Shown here: one piece after another, positions 25,720 to 39,004 of the stretch | Numbering within the stretch: position 1 is the stretch's first letter | Layout: each line of letters begins with the position of its first letter | Assembly: GCF_006345805.1 (NCBI RefSeq) | Contig: NC_042998.1 | Coordinates: forward strand, 176,204,001-176,268,000 | DNA length: 64,000 nucleotides | DNA from: Octopus sinensis | Taxonomy: Eukaryota | Direction of reading: 5' to 3' | The notes under the pieces: model-generated | What the model was told of the DNA's origin: nothing | The model's input: only the letters and a program-made list of their open reading frames with translations | Database searches by the model: none | Program-made: the position numbers and the translations under genes

Positions 25720-26520
25720 ATAATTAGTTTGGAAAGAAAATTAGATTTGGCGTCCGTATGAGTCTTCTATTCTTAACTGAATGTCTTATCCCTTTGTCCT
25801 TTTGCTTCAACGTTTTCGTTGTTCCTGTCTGTTTTCGTAATGGTGTTAGATAGGAACCTTTTGTGTGTTGCGGAGCTGACTTCATACACGTTCTTTGCTT
25901 TAACAACAGGATTACGTACGTTAAGGCAGTGTTTAAAAAGTGTCAGGTGAATGTTTATAAGAAGGAGCTGGAGTGGTGCCAAAATTTTAAGGTTTTAATC
26001 AGTTTAATCGACTGTAACTTCAGGGTTCTCCAGTTTCCTTGTGTGGTGGGGAATTACCGTGATTTGAAACGAAATCTGTCTGAGGGTTAACCGACGGTCG
26101 TGTTTCTTGAGAGTTTAAGACTCCTACGCATCTGCTTAACCTCGCCTCTCGATGTCTTCTCAAAGAAGCGTGACATACAAAATTTCTTTGATCGTATCTT
26201 GGTACTTTTCAACGAAAGGAAGTGGTTGCATCTCCATTTCGTTTACCAACAGGGTTCAACAAAGTACGGAGTCTTTACATAGATGTACTCTACAGGTGTA
26301 CAAATGAGAGAACATTCGACACTCGCGCTTTGAGGGTCTGATATATATATATATAAAACAAAGTGGAGTTGTGGGGTACCGCACGAGTAGAATTATATAC
26401 GAAAGAAGGTTTGAAAATGCAATTTAAAAGATGTTTATTTACTTTACCGGTTTCACTCTTTGGAAAAAGATTGTCAAAAGTAACATGTAGAAGTTTGGTT
26501 GCGTTAATTATTGGTTGTTG
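25720..26520 (-). mobile_element. Highly degraded Penelope-like element (RT thumb to GIY-YIG region)
   Basis: Minus frames give 'NCIFKPSFVYNSTRAVP...TLKARVSNV...RLRTLLNPVG', 'QPLPFVEK' and 'KAKNVYEVSSAT', in the order of the PLE YRKPT/LNFNS, LPF and NVVY motifs. Confidence 0.5.
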
Positions 26521-28368
26521 CAAATAGCTACATTACATATATACAGTCTTTGGTAACAGGGACATGTTAAGGACATAAAAAAGTTCAACAAGTTCCTTAA
26601 AATATTGGGCACAAAAGATTACTAAATAAATAATCGTTCTCAAGGACATGCTTAAGATAGTTTCCAGAAGGAATTGATATTGGTATTGGTATTGTACCTG
26701 TATATTCAAACATGCGCAGAATATTGGTTGGCACAGAGTACTACAATCCATATAAATATACATTCTTTGGTGACAAGAGTATGTTGAGAATATAAAAAAG
26801 TTTAACAAGCTCATTGAAATAATGGGCACAAAAGATTACAACAAACATATTATACATCTCAAGATAATTTCCAGGAGGAATTATTAAAAAAGTTCAGTAT
26901 ACACGTACAGAATATTATGAGTTCCAAAAGATTTACATTATAATAGTGGTGAAGCTAAAACTGACCTGTCCGGTAAGGAGGAGTAATGTGGAATTGAAAA
27001 GAAGTTAACCTTTTTCTTTTTCTGTCTCTCCTTCAAGCATCAATGATTTTGGGGTCAGGATGGGGTGAGTGTGTGTGTCTTTGTGTGTGTGTGTGTGTGT
27101 GTGTATACATACATATGCGGTGTAAATAGATGTGTCTGTAAGATCTGGTAGGATGGTGTGTCCGTTTGTCAACCCCGTGTGTGGTTGTGTTGGTGTTGTG
27201 TGTGTGTGTGTGTGTGTATGTATGTGTCTGGATGGCATTTGGCATGGTGCTGTGTGTGTATATGTGTGTCTGTATGGGGGTGAGATTAGTGTGAGTGTGC
27301 GTGTCCTTGTGTGTGTGCATATATATGTATACATGTGTTTGTGGGTGTGTGGGGGCGGTTTTTGATTGGTTCCAGGGTGGTGTAAATAGATGTGGTGTAA
27401 ATAGATGTGTGTTATTTAAAGAATGTTTGGGGGTAGGATGGTGTGTGTATATGTGTGCCCGTTTGTGTGTGTGTGTGTGTGGTTAATGTTAATTAGTGTG
27501 TTGCGTGTGCGTTAGTGTGTATGTGTTTGTTCGTATGTGTGTCCATGTCTGTTGGGTGTATCTGTGTGGCATGCGTGTATATGCGTTTTGCGTGTGTTGG
27601 TATTGAGTATATGCTTGTGTGTGTGCGTACACACGGTGTGGGTGTACGCGTTCTTGTGTGTGTATATACATGTACACATGTGTTTACGCGTGTGTGCGGG
27701 CCATACATACACACTACATATACATATATATACATACACATATCATACATATACATACCACACACATATATACATTACACACACACACCACACACATACA
27801 TACACCACACACACATACAACACACATATACATATAATATACACACACACAACATACATATATATAATTCACACACATACACACAACACATATATATAAT
27901 ATATATTTATAATATACATATATATATAACACGCACACACACAACATATACATACATATAACATACACATACACAACACACACATATATACATAAAATAT
28001 ATATATACACAATGCATGTACATATATACATATACATATACACAATGTATATATATATATATATATATATATTAAGGTATGTAGAAAAATACAACATGGA
28101 CAAGAACGTATAACTCTTAGAAGACGATACAATAAACATGGACAGGACATTCGAACCCCTCAGTCTTCAGTCAAGAACCGGATCATCGTAGTAATTTCGG
28201 CTTATATATATATATATATATATAATATATAATATATGTATATATAATATATATATATATAGCTTTATTTGCTTCGAGACCCATCATTCTAAAAAAAAAG
28301 GAATTATTACACGTTCTTCCGAAGTTTTTTAATTTTTGTGACGTCAACAATACACACACACACACACA

Positions 28369-28415
<47 letters not shown>

Positions 28416-28655
28416 ACACACACACACACACACGGTGTATCTATCGTTTTCCTCTATTATTTGCGTGCATGTATGTGTGTGCGTGGGAAATTTGTTGGCA
28501 ATGATCACAGACTCCCACTTCTCTCCTCTTCTTCGAGACAAATATCTGATCAGCTGTTAATAGATGCCATCTAATTATGAAATGTCAAACAATTGACCTA
28601 ACTTGTCTCATTATTGCATGATAGCAATATTTGTAAGAATCACTCATATTATACA

Positions 28656-29055
28656 TCTTTATATATAAAAGAGAGGTTGTGTGCTATCTGTCTCCTACTA
28701 TTTAGATTCCTAACTACTCCCACATTTTGCGGTGCAGTTTAACCAAAACCGGGTATCTTATAGTCGTGATTCATATCGAGCCCTTCTGAGTATTAGCGCG
28801 CGTCTACGATGAGTCTACGATTTAAAAAATAATTTACCATCAATTTTTCCCATTTTTAATGCATTTTTGGCATATATAAGGGAAGTAACACTCTAAAAAG
28901 TTATTATTAAATCTCAGAACGTAAAAAGCTACAGTAACACCCCCACCCCTTTGTGGTTAGCCATATTGAGATGGCTATTATACTTTACATCTCTAAAAAT
29001 GCTTATATAGTATTTTTCCCTTACAAACCCGAGCAACGCCGGGCAATACTGCTAG
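28656..29055 (+). mobile_element. Non-autonomous Helitron
   Basis: A|TC 5' end, 3' hairpin CCCGAGCAACGCCGGG (29028-29043), CTAG|T end. Sister copies at 55959-56353 and 62613-62998. Confidence 0.9.
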
Positions 29056-29419
29056 TTAGACATAAACGCTTAGCCTTTCGTTTCAGAACCAGAAATAACT
29101 TCCTTCGGGTTCAAATACATATTTCTTTTTCTATCATATACGAGTTGCAACAGTGATATAAGACTTACAAAACCTTCGAGACAGCTGTGATCGGTGTCGC
29201 TGTTGTTCTGCGTGTACATCTATAAGTTTGTTGGTTGGTGTCAGTAGAAAATAGCAGATGGTTGCATGTTGGATGATGAAGGATCGGATGAGGTGTTTAC
29301 GGCAGAATTTGTGAGGTGAATTATGGTAAGGGTGACAGAAAAATAAAAATAAATCAGTAGGACTGAACCTGGAATCATGTGGTTGGTAAGCAAGCCGCTT
29401 GTCACGCATGTGAATGTAG

Positions 29420-29640
29420 GTGCTTTGAAAACAAAACTGGATCTCCTCCGGTCTAGGGTTCCAGGTGAATCTACCTCATGTCAGTAAACACGGATGAGGG
29501 CAGCAGCATCAAACTCCCTCATTCACCAAATGCCACACAGAGGAGGTTTCAAATAACGGTGTAGCACAGCTAACGGTGGTGCCTCAGCATGACTACAGCT
29601 TTGAAGCTGAAGGAATTTAAAGATTTAAAGATTAAAGATT
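29420..29640 (+). mobile_element. 3' end fragment of the CR1/L2-group LINE family
   Basis: GATGAGGGCAGCAGCATCAAACTCCCTCATTCACCAAATG and GGTGCCTCAGCATGACTACAG match 33044-33156. Confidence 0.75.
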
Positions 29641-29652
29641 TATATATGTGTG

Positions 29653-29716
<64 letters not shown>

Positions 29717-30708
29717 TGTGTGTGTGTGTCAGTGTGTATGTATGTATGCGTATGCATGTGTGTGTGCGCCTGTGTATGTGTGCGTGCGATTGTCTGAGCG
29801 TGTGCGTTTTGGTGTGTGAGTGTGTATGTGTTTTATATTTTGCCTGATATCTTAACTACGATTTCTCAAGAACTTAACACTCTTATACTTGTAATTTGAA
29901 CTTTTCTTTTGTAGAATAAGCAAAGAGAAGGAGAAAGATGTAGCATACATTTTCAGGTGGTTAAGTGTAGAAATACTAGCTGGTATATATGGAGCTGAAA
30001 GCATTGTACATTAATGTAATAAGGTTCTAAAATTCCACTTGGACATTACACGGAATTCAGTGTATGGTTAACTAGGTTTTATACACATATAAATGTTTAG
30101 TCGATATAACTTTCTTGGTTTTCATGCTGTCATTTCCTTTAAAGTAATTTTACTATATATTTTAATATAGCTATGCCACTGGCTGACAGTTTTCTACCGG
30201 AAAACGTCTTGTATAGTTTGTATAGTTGTGGTTTTGAACCGTTTTCATCCAAATGTGTTTCGGTCTGAAACCATGTGGAGTATAAAAAAAGAAAAGTGAC
30301 AGAGAAAAAAAATGTAAATGTAACCCGTTAGATTCAGTATTACTCAATTTTCTAAACTTCTGGTGTGATAAACTGAATGTTTATATATAATAAAAAAAGG
30401 TCGAATATTTTAATGCTTTCAACATGTACATGTACTTTATATATCGAACAAATAGAAAGTTTGAGCAACTTGTTTATGTTACATAAAGCTAGAATAAAGA
30501 ACGTATTTGTGGCTAGTATAATTTAGTACCAGGGGTTTTTAATCCGATTTACTGAAGTGTTGGGAAGCGTTGAAACTTGTATATACACACACATTAGAAA
30601 CATTAGTAATAGACTTCTATATGAATAATATATATGTACATGCATGTATGTGTGTAGGTATATATAGAAAACATATACTATAAAAAAACCTTATTTTAAA
30701 TCAATAAA

Positions 30709-30751
<43 letters not shown>

Positions 30752-30847
30752 GGAGTAAACACATAAATGTGAAACAAGGTGGAAAAAAGAGTACTCAAAT
30801 ACCAGTGGTAGAGTAATATGCTTTATTTTAAGCAGCAGAAAATTCAA

Positions 30848-30897
30848 CAAAATCTGTTACTCTGAGTTTCTCGTTGCCGTTCATCAGACAGTTTTTG
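30848..30897 (-). ncRNA. Identical hammerhead motif on the opposite strand (left palindrome arm)
   Basis: Exact reverse complement of 30915-30964. Confidence 0.65.
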
Positions 30898-30914
30898 CTA
30901 GAATCTGTCTGATG

Positions 30915-30964
30915 CAAAAACTGTCTGATGAACGGCAACGAGAAACTCAGAGTAACAGATTTTG
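30915..30964 (+). ncRNA. Minimal type I hammerhead ribozyme motif
   Basis: CAAAAACUGU-CUGAUGA-A-CG-GCAA-CG-A-GAAA-CUC-A-GAG-UA^-ACAGAUUUUG. Stem I has 4+5 bp, stem III is self-complementary, and the cleavage triplet is GUA (30952-30954). Stem II is weak (2 bp). Confidence 0.65.
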
Positions 30965-31199
30965 TTGAATTTTCTGCTGCTTAGAATAAAGTATATATAT
31001 ATATGTATATATACTTTATTGATTTAAAATAAGTTTTTTTTATAGTATATGTTTTCTATATGGTGTGAACAACATCTTTCTTTATTGAATTGTTTAATAG
31101 TGGTTTTCCTCTAAATTATATACATATATCATATATTATGAAATTTGATTTAAAATTGTTAAATTGAATCTTTCCCCGTAAGTTCTGGAATTATATTCC

Positions 31200-31276
<77 letters not shown>

Positions 31277-31295
31277 ACTACTACTACTACTACTA

Positions 31296-31345
<50 letters not shown>

Positions 31346-31362
31346 GTTATTATACATACATA

Positions 31363-31702
31363 GTGGAGGCGCAATGTCCCAGTGGTTAGGGCAGCGGACT
31401 CGTGGTCGTAGGATCGCGGTTCCGATTTCCAGACCGGGCGTTGTGAATGTTTATTGAGCGAAAACATCTAAAGCACCACGAAGCTCTGGCATTAGGTGGT
31501 GGCGAACCTTGCTGTATTCTTTCACCACAACTTTCTCTCTCTCTCTTTCTTCCTGTTTCTGTTGTACCTGTATTTCAAAGGGCCAGCCTTGTCACACTCT
31601 GTGTCACGCTGAATCTCCCCGAGAACTACGTTAAGGGTACACGTGTCTGTGGTGTGCTCAGCTACTTGCCCGTTAATTTCACGAGTAGGCTGTTCCGTCG
31701 TA
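31363..31702 (+). mobile_element. tRNA-derived SINE family C (different 3' tail)
   Basis: Head GTGGAGGCGCAATGTCCCAGTGGTTAGGGCAGCGGACTCG; body as at 9968-10279. Confidence 0.85.
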
Positions 31703-31721
31703 TATATTTATATATATATAA

Positions 31722-33188
31722 AATCAGAGGCAGCGATGATTGATTACATCAATATAAAGGAAGACGATGTAATAAAGGCTATACATGAAATGAAAACAAA
31801 CTCAGCTACTGGCCCCGATGGATTCCCGGTAATCCTTCTTAAAGTATGTAAGAGAGTCCTAGCAAGACCACTGCAGTTCCTCTTTCAGAGCTTCCTTGCA
31901 ACTGGCAAACTTCCAAGAAAACTGAAGGAAGGTAAAATATGCCCTATTCATAAAGGAGGTAGCAGAGCGGAGGCCAAGAACTACAGACCTATCTCTCTGA
32001 CCTCACACATCAGCAAGGTCATGGAACGAATAGTCAGAAGGAAACTAATCACCTTCCTTGAAGAAAATGACTTGCTGCTTGACACCCAACATGGTTTCCG
32101 ACCAGGAAGAAGCTGCTTAACTCAGCTCCTTCAACACTATGACTGGGTGCTGAAACGACTGCTCAACCACTCAAATGTCGAAGTGATATATCTCGACTTT
32201 GCAAAGGCCTTTGATAAAGTCGATCATGGAATGATATGTCACAAACTGCGTGATCTTGGCATAGTTGGAAAATTGGGAGAATGGCTTCATGACTTTCTGA
32301 AGGATAGAAGTCAGGTGGTAGTAGCCATTAACACGCAAATAGTAAGTGGTGTTCCGCAGGGCACTGTTTTGGGACCACTACTGTCCATAATGACCCTCTC
32401 AGACATGCCCTCAGCCACGCAGAGAGCCACGATCACAAGTTATGCAGATGATACAAAAGTTTCACAGGCAATACAGAACCCTGAAGACACTAAGCACCTG
32501 CAATGTGAGCTGGACAAAATATACAAGTGGGCTGAAAAGAATAGCATGCAGTTCAATGCTGAAAAGTTTCAAGCTTTATGCTATCAGCATGCAAAACTAA
32601 ATGCAATGCCCAATGAATACACTGGACCTGGAGGGATTGCAATCCCAGAGGCACAATCAGTGCGTGACCTGGGGGTTTACATGAGTGATGACGCAACCTT
32701 TCATGTACATGTTGCTAAATTGGCAATGAAATGTAGACGGCTGGCCGGATGGATTCTTAGAACCTTTAGTACAAGTGACCAAGAAACCATGATGGTCCTC
32801 TGGAGGACACTTGTTCTAAGCCACTTTGACTATTGCTCTCAGCTATGATCACCATCCAGTGTCAAGTTGATCACAGAACTTGAGGCGATCCAACGAAGCT
32901 ACACGAAGAAGATAGCCTCTGTGCAGCAGAACCTGAGGAACCTGAGGAACCTGCATGGGGTGGATGCGGATGTCTTTAAAGTAGGACTGGATCTCTTCCT
33001 GTCAGGTGTCCCGGATGAACCATATTCACGGCAGGAAGTTCAGATGAGGGCAGCTGCGTCGAACTCTCTCATGCACCAAATGGCAGTTGCTAAAAAGCAT
33101 TCGTGAAGTAAAATCATGTAGCAACACCAAATGGCGGTGCCCCAGCATGGCCACAGCTCGTGAGGTGAAACTAGATAAATAAAATAAA

Positions 33189-33192
<4 letters not shown>
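31722..33192 (+). mobile_element. 5'-truncated CR1/L2-group LINE (reverse transcriptase), internally deleted near the 3' end
   Basis: ORF 31643-32848 has 'NYRPISLTS', 'QHGFRPGRSCLTQL', 'YLDFAKAFDKVDH', 'SGVPQGTVLGP' and 'YADD'. 3' UTR and (AAAAT)n tail present. Confidence 0.95.
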
Positions 33193-33224
<32 letters not shown>

Positions 33225-33289
33225 ATATATATATATACCCTTAACACAAACATACCTATATATGTATATATGTGACCGCGTGTGTACCG

Positions 33290-33474
33290 TTGGCGATTTT
33301 TTTTCCTCCGTCTCCCCTTCTCTGGATCTTTCCTTTTCCTATGTTTCTGACGAAGAGCTCCGCTCGAAACGTAATTCCTTCCTTCTTCCTTTCCTTCCTG
33401 AGCGTCCATAATACTATATTTGTTCCACGGCCTCGCGTTGTTGTGTTTTCTCTTTGTGTTTTCATGTTTGGATC

Positions 33475-33475
<1 letters not shown>
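33290..33475 (+). mobile_element. PLE-type terminal repeat with hammerhead core at 33347-33373
   Basis: CUGACGA-A-GAGC-UCC-GCUC-GAAAC-GUA: intact core and stem II, palindromic ACGU at stem III, imperfect stem I. Confidence 0.65.
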
Positions 33476-33557
<82 letters not shown>

Positions 33558-33904
33558 GTGTGTGTGTGTGTTGTGTGTGTGTGTGTGTTGTGTGTGTGTG
33601 TGTATACACGTATACCGCAGTTAATTATATATAAATATATATATATATATATATTCGAGGCCTCAAGGATTGTTCGGAGAAAACAAAATATATATGAACC
33701 TGTCGAAAGTTTTCTGTCACCGCAGCATGAAACTCTTAGTAGCTCATATTTAAATACTGCGTATATTAAATTATCTATATGAATACGTACATGCATGCAT
33801 ACATACATGCATACATACATACATACATACATATATACATGCCTGCATACATACATACATACATACATACATACCATACATACATACATGCATACATACA
33901 TACA

Positions 33905-33940
<36 letters not shown>

Positions 33941-33990
33941 TATATATATTATTTATGCATAATTAACTGGCATAATCGATAGGAAGCACC

Positions 33991-34036
<46 letters not shown>

Positions 34037-34047
34037 GTACGCGTGAA

Positions 34048-34096
<49 letters not shown>

Positions 34097-35301
34097 TCTG
34101 TATGTAGTGTGCGTGTATAATTAACTGGCTTAATACTCAGGAAGCATTAATATGCGTGCTTCGTGCGTGTGTGTGGTTGTGCGTATGTGTATTTGCATGC
34201 CTCACAGGAGGTGGGGCAGTTTTCAAGACCTTGGCAGGCCCTCCCACTTTGGGAAGATCGATCTGGCTGGTGTCCAGCGAGAGCATCTTCATGTCAGCGT
34301 ATGCAGGAAATTCTGGAAGGGAACAATGTCTATAACAAATAACTGCAACTGATTATACTTCGCTGATGGCACCCAGGAGTTAGGCTACTGTGCTAAAGTG
34401 GGCAGCGATATAGACCTACCGCCCCGGAGTTAAAACTGCCACCATGATGGTTTCCTTGATTTGAATCTTACCAGACGCGAAGCTGGGGAAACAGTTGAGT
34501 AATGGGAAATTCTGTGCCTCTGTAGTGTTTAGCTATAGAATTAAGAAGTGAAAACTAACAGGAAAAGACAGATGTGTGAGATAAGGGAGAAAGAAGAGAG
34601 GAATAGAAAGAGGAGAAGAGAAAGGTAGAGAAATGGGGAGAGAGGGAAAGAAAAAGGGAGACAAAGAAAAGAGAAAGAGAAAAGGAAGAAAGTGGAAGAG
34701 AAAGTATATCAGTAAGGAAAGGAGTAAAAGCTGAAGATGCAGTAGGGTTCATGGAATAATAAATAGAATGGAATAGAAATTGGAGTTGTAAGGGAGAGGC
34801 TGAAGAAAACTTGAGAAAGGGAAAGGTGAAAGAGAATGAGGGAGAATGGAGAGAGGAAGAAAGAAAAGAATAAAGAAATAATCAGAGGGAGAGAGAGAGG
34901 GGGAGAGAAAAGTGTAAGAGGAAAAACTGGGTATGAGAGTAATAATAAATAATTTTAGGGGACAGTTAGGCAGAGTGAAAATAAGAAGGTAGAAAAAATA
35001 GAGAAGGAGGAAGAGGTGGTAGTGGTGGTGGAGGTGGTAATGAGAGAGGAAAAGGAGGAAGAGGAGGAGGAGTTTATAAAAATTGTGTAACTATGGTAAT
35101 TTGTATGATTCAGGCTCAGTAACTGTTTCTGACATCATCTATCATTCCCCACAGCACAACCCCAACAACCGTCCTTATCATCACCGACAACACTGCCACC
35201 TACACCATAACTGCAGCTATTATCATCACCATGAGAATATTTAGCACTCCTCTTTTAATTCTGAAGTACAAATCTGTCTGTCTATTTCCCTACCTACCTT
35301 C

Positions 35302-35451
<150 letters not shown>

Positions 35452-36258
35452 GTCTGTCTGTCTGTCTGTCTATCTGTCTGTCTGTCTCTCCGTCCGTCTG
35501 TCTGTCTGTCTGGCTGGTTGGCTGGCAGGGTGTCTGTCTGTCTATTTGTATTTATATTTTATCTTGTACAACATAGGTGTGTGCATATCATGTTTTAGCT
35601 CTATATCAATAAACAAATATATTTATCTGTCTCTATGTATGTATGTATGTATGTATGTATGTGTGTACATCTGATGGGTACTCTATATGATCCTTTTACT
35701 TTTTCGGCTTTCTCTCTTTTTCTCTCTTATTCTTTTACCTCCTCTTCTTCCACTATTCTATTCTATTACTCTGTAACTCTCTCCCTCTCACTCCTCCTTC
35801 CTTGCTCACGTGGCTCGGACGTGACCATCGGCCATTTTTCTTTCTTTCTCTCCGTTGTAGCTAGAACAAGGAAGATGTGTTCTTGTTTGTCTACTGTCCA
35901 CGCTTGATTTACGCGTTCGCCACTATAACCTCGTTTAGGTTTAACAGCCCTCCCTGTTTGTTTTCACTGTTTTGTTTGTGCTACCAATTTTGACTCTCCG
36001 CATGCAAAATCTCAAGTGTTATTTAATTTGCTTTGCGGGAGCAACGGTTTTAACGAAAGCGTATATTGTTGTTAAATGCTCGAAATACGAGACTGGAAAA
36101 AACAGTCAAAAACTGATGGAGGGTCGTTCTTTATGTTGTTTGTTTTGTTTTCCATTTGTGTCTTTTGTTGTTCGAAAGAATAGTTCATGTACTTGTGCTT
36201 CGTATTTCTTGTTGTACACGTTACTTGACGTCCTGTGCCCACATATGCATATATATAT

Positions 36259-36321
<63 letters not shown>

Positions 36322-36731
36322 TATATATATATATACTTATAGATGTATGTACATATACGTATGTATATATGCATATATATGTATATATATATATTATATA
36401 TATATATCCGTACGTACGTACATACATACATACATACATACATACATACATACTACATACATACATACATACAGTCAGTTGATTTGGCAATGCCGTTAGA
36501 CTAAAAAGGGCAGTGCCCATCAACAGTTCAAACCTGGTGAGATTGAGGGATCAGTTTGAGTATCTGTCCAGATGTTATTCCCTGCTTTATGTAAAGTGAG
36601 TAATACTGAGAAAAACATAACGTTGTTGGGGAGGAAGAAATAATAAAAGGTTGGCTTCTGGGAAGTGTAAGTAATGGAAGAGGAATCTGAAAGGTGAGAC
36701 ACAATAAATTCAGTTATCTATCAGATGCCCT

Positions 36732-36793
<62 letters not shown>

Positions 36794-37337
36794 AGTCATG
36801 GAAGTAATATAAATAGAACACATTCGATTATTACAATTGTGTTTATTTAATGTTGATGAATGAAGTCGTCTTTATCAGACATACGTATGATGTATCTAGA
36901 TTCGTCCGCGATATAAGCCTATATGTTAGATACCCAGCTCAGACGTAATTCAACTCTAAGCTGAGCGACACCATATACATAACATTGGTAAAACTCCATC
37001 ATGATGGCTAAAATTACTATTTAGAGCCTATATATGCTACATCAATGATCCGTTGTTTACAGCCTACAAAGACCTTTACAATCTACTAGTATAAGTAGAG
37101 AAATGCTCATGTATATGGCATAGTGCTAGGCATTCTCGCCAAAAGAAAGCCATTTTGGCCGATTGACAAACCATCAACAGGCGTTGTCTACTACATAGAT
37201 AAGGACAAGCTTCTACATGCTCTACCAGCTTGCAAAAAATAGTAGCCAAATCTTTCTACCTTCTTTAAAAAGGGAATAATACATTGAATCAGAGATACCT
37301 CGCAAATGAAATAAAGACTGGATGGTATGGTCACGAT

Positions 37338-37376
<39 letters not shown>

Positions 37377-38289
37377 AGATGGGGTCTTAAAAATGGCGTG
37401 TGAATGAACCACTACTTGTAGCGTGTGTCAGGGTGAATATTTACCAGTTATGTGAATGGCCTTCTTTTGGATGCATTTCCGTGTGATTGGAGCAATGTCT
37501 TAGATATTTAGCACCCTTCAGATACAAGCCGCTCTTAAGTTCTTTGCAGGGGCACAAATTGGTTGGGAATTAGGCCTTTAATTACTCTGAAAAAGAAATT
37601 CAAAGATACTATTTTGGGAATGTTATGAGGTAGCCAAATAAATTCATGATGGATTATGAAGTTTAGTTTGTTGCTCACAAGAAGTGTGGATGTATTGAGT
37701 ACAAGATTCTTCCAACTGTATCTTTCTGCTGTTGAAGGAATCTAGACTGACAAGTTTGCAAGGTGGTGATCTGGCAGAATGCCTTATATTTCTTCAGTCT
37801 CTTTACATTCTAATTGCCTTTCGTTCTTTCGAAGTCGATAGAATAAAGTATCAATAAAATAATGGGATCGTTGGAATCAATTAAATCTTTCCTTGAAAAT
37901 TAATTGTCTTGCGTCTAAATCGGAAACCATTATGGAATGTTATATTTGAAAAGAGTGCAGACTATGACTGATATCATGCGACTGAAGAGGTATGTACTTA
38001 AAATTATGTGTACAAAGTTAGTGAGGAGTGAAAAGTCATTTCATTCATGTATTTTAAATACCAGCTAATATAGTAAAAGTTAATATAGATAGCAGAAATT
38101 TTGTGATACCTCAGAGATGATGTAAATGGGAAGGAGAGGCCGTCAGTGCACGTTGCAAAATAGATGTGATTGCAATTTGGGAGAGCATTCTTTGCTTTTC
38201 TGACCAGCTGGCAGGTATTGTTGCTTTTTAGCATCGGGGCAGCCAGACCGCGATCTATGTAATTTTTTCTTCGTGGTATAGTGAATAGA

Positions 38290-38473
<184 letters not shown>

Positions 38474-39004
38474 GAGTGAGAGAGCAGTGCATGCCATCAA
38501 AATGACACTAGGGTAAAATATATGAGGCCCAGTATATCCATCATGACTACCCGTCTGATAAGGGTACATCAGGTACATGCATCACAACCATATGTGTGTG
38601 ACATGGTGATCTCACATCAAGATTTACAGCGCATGACCTTGCAGGTTGGGGCTCAGTTAAAATTTTCTTCATCTCGAGTAGACCATCCCGCTCAAAAGGT
38701 CCCTGAATAAGGGTTGTTTAAGGATGTTGAATGAAACACCCATGTTTCTAGAGGTGGATTATTCAAACCCCAAGAATTCCTCTCAAGACATGGCCATGAT
38801 GCTCTCCCACTACTTCTGCTTGTGATCAGAGATGCAAATATCGTCAGCCACTAACAAACATACTTAACTGGTTAAGGTCAAACAACTGACAAGCAAATTT
38901 ATGGTATTGAGCAGAATATTTGCTGGGGCCCATCTTTTATACAAAGACAAAACAATGTATATGATAACATTATTATTATTATTATAATAAAGCAGCAGTA
39001 TTTA

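Larger units (their letters stand above)
30749..30995 (+). mobile_element. Short PLE-type element in (TA)n ending in a 78-bp-arm palindrome
   Basis: Arms 30821-30898 and 30914-30991 (1 mismatch), 15-nt spacer. Confidence 0.9.

Noticed and set aside
25863-26282. Plus-strand ~140-codon frame with one stop
   Set aside because: Better explained as the antisense shadow of the minus-strand PLE fossil.
31643-31721. N-terminal extension of the 401-aa RT ORF
   Set aside because: It comes from the SINE tail and (TA)n upstream of the truncated LINE, not from a real start.
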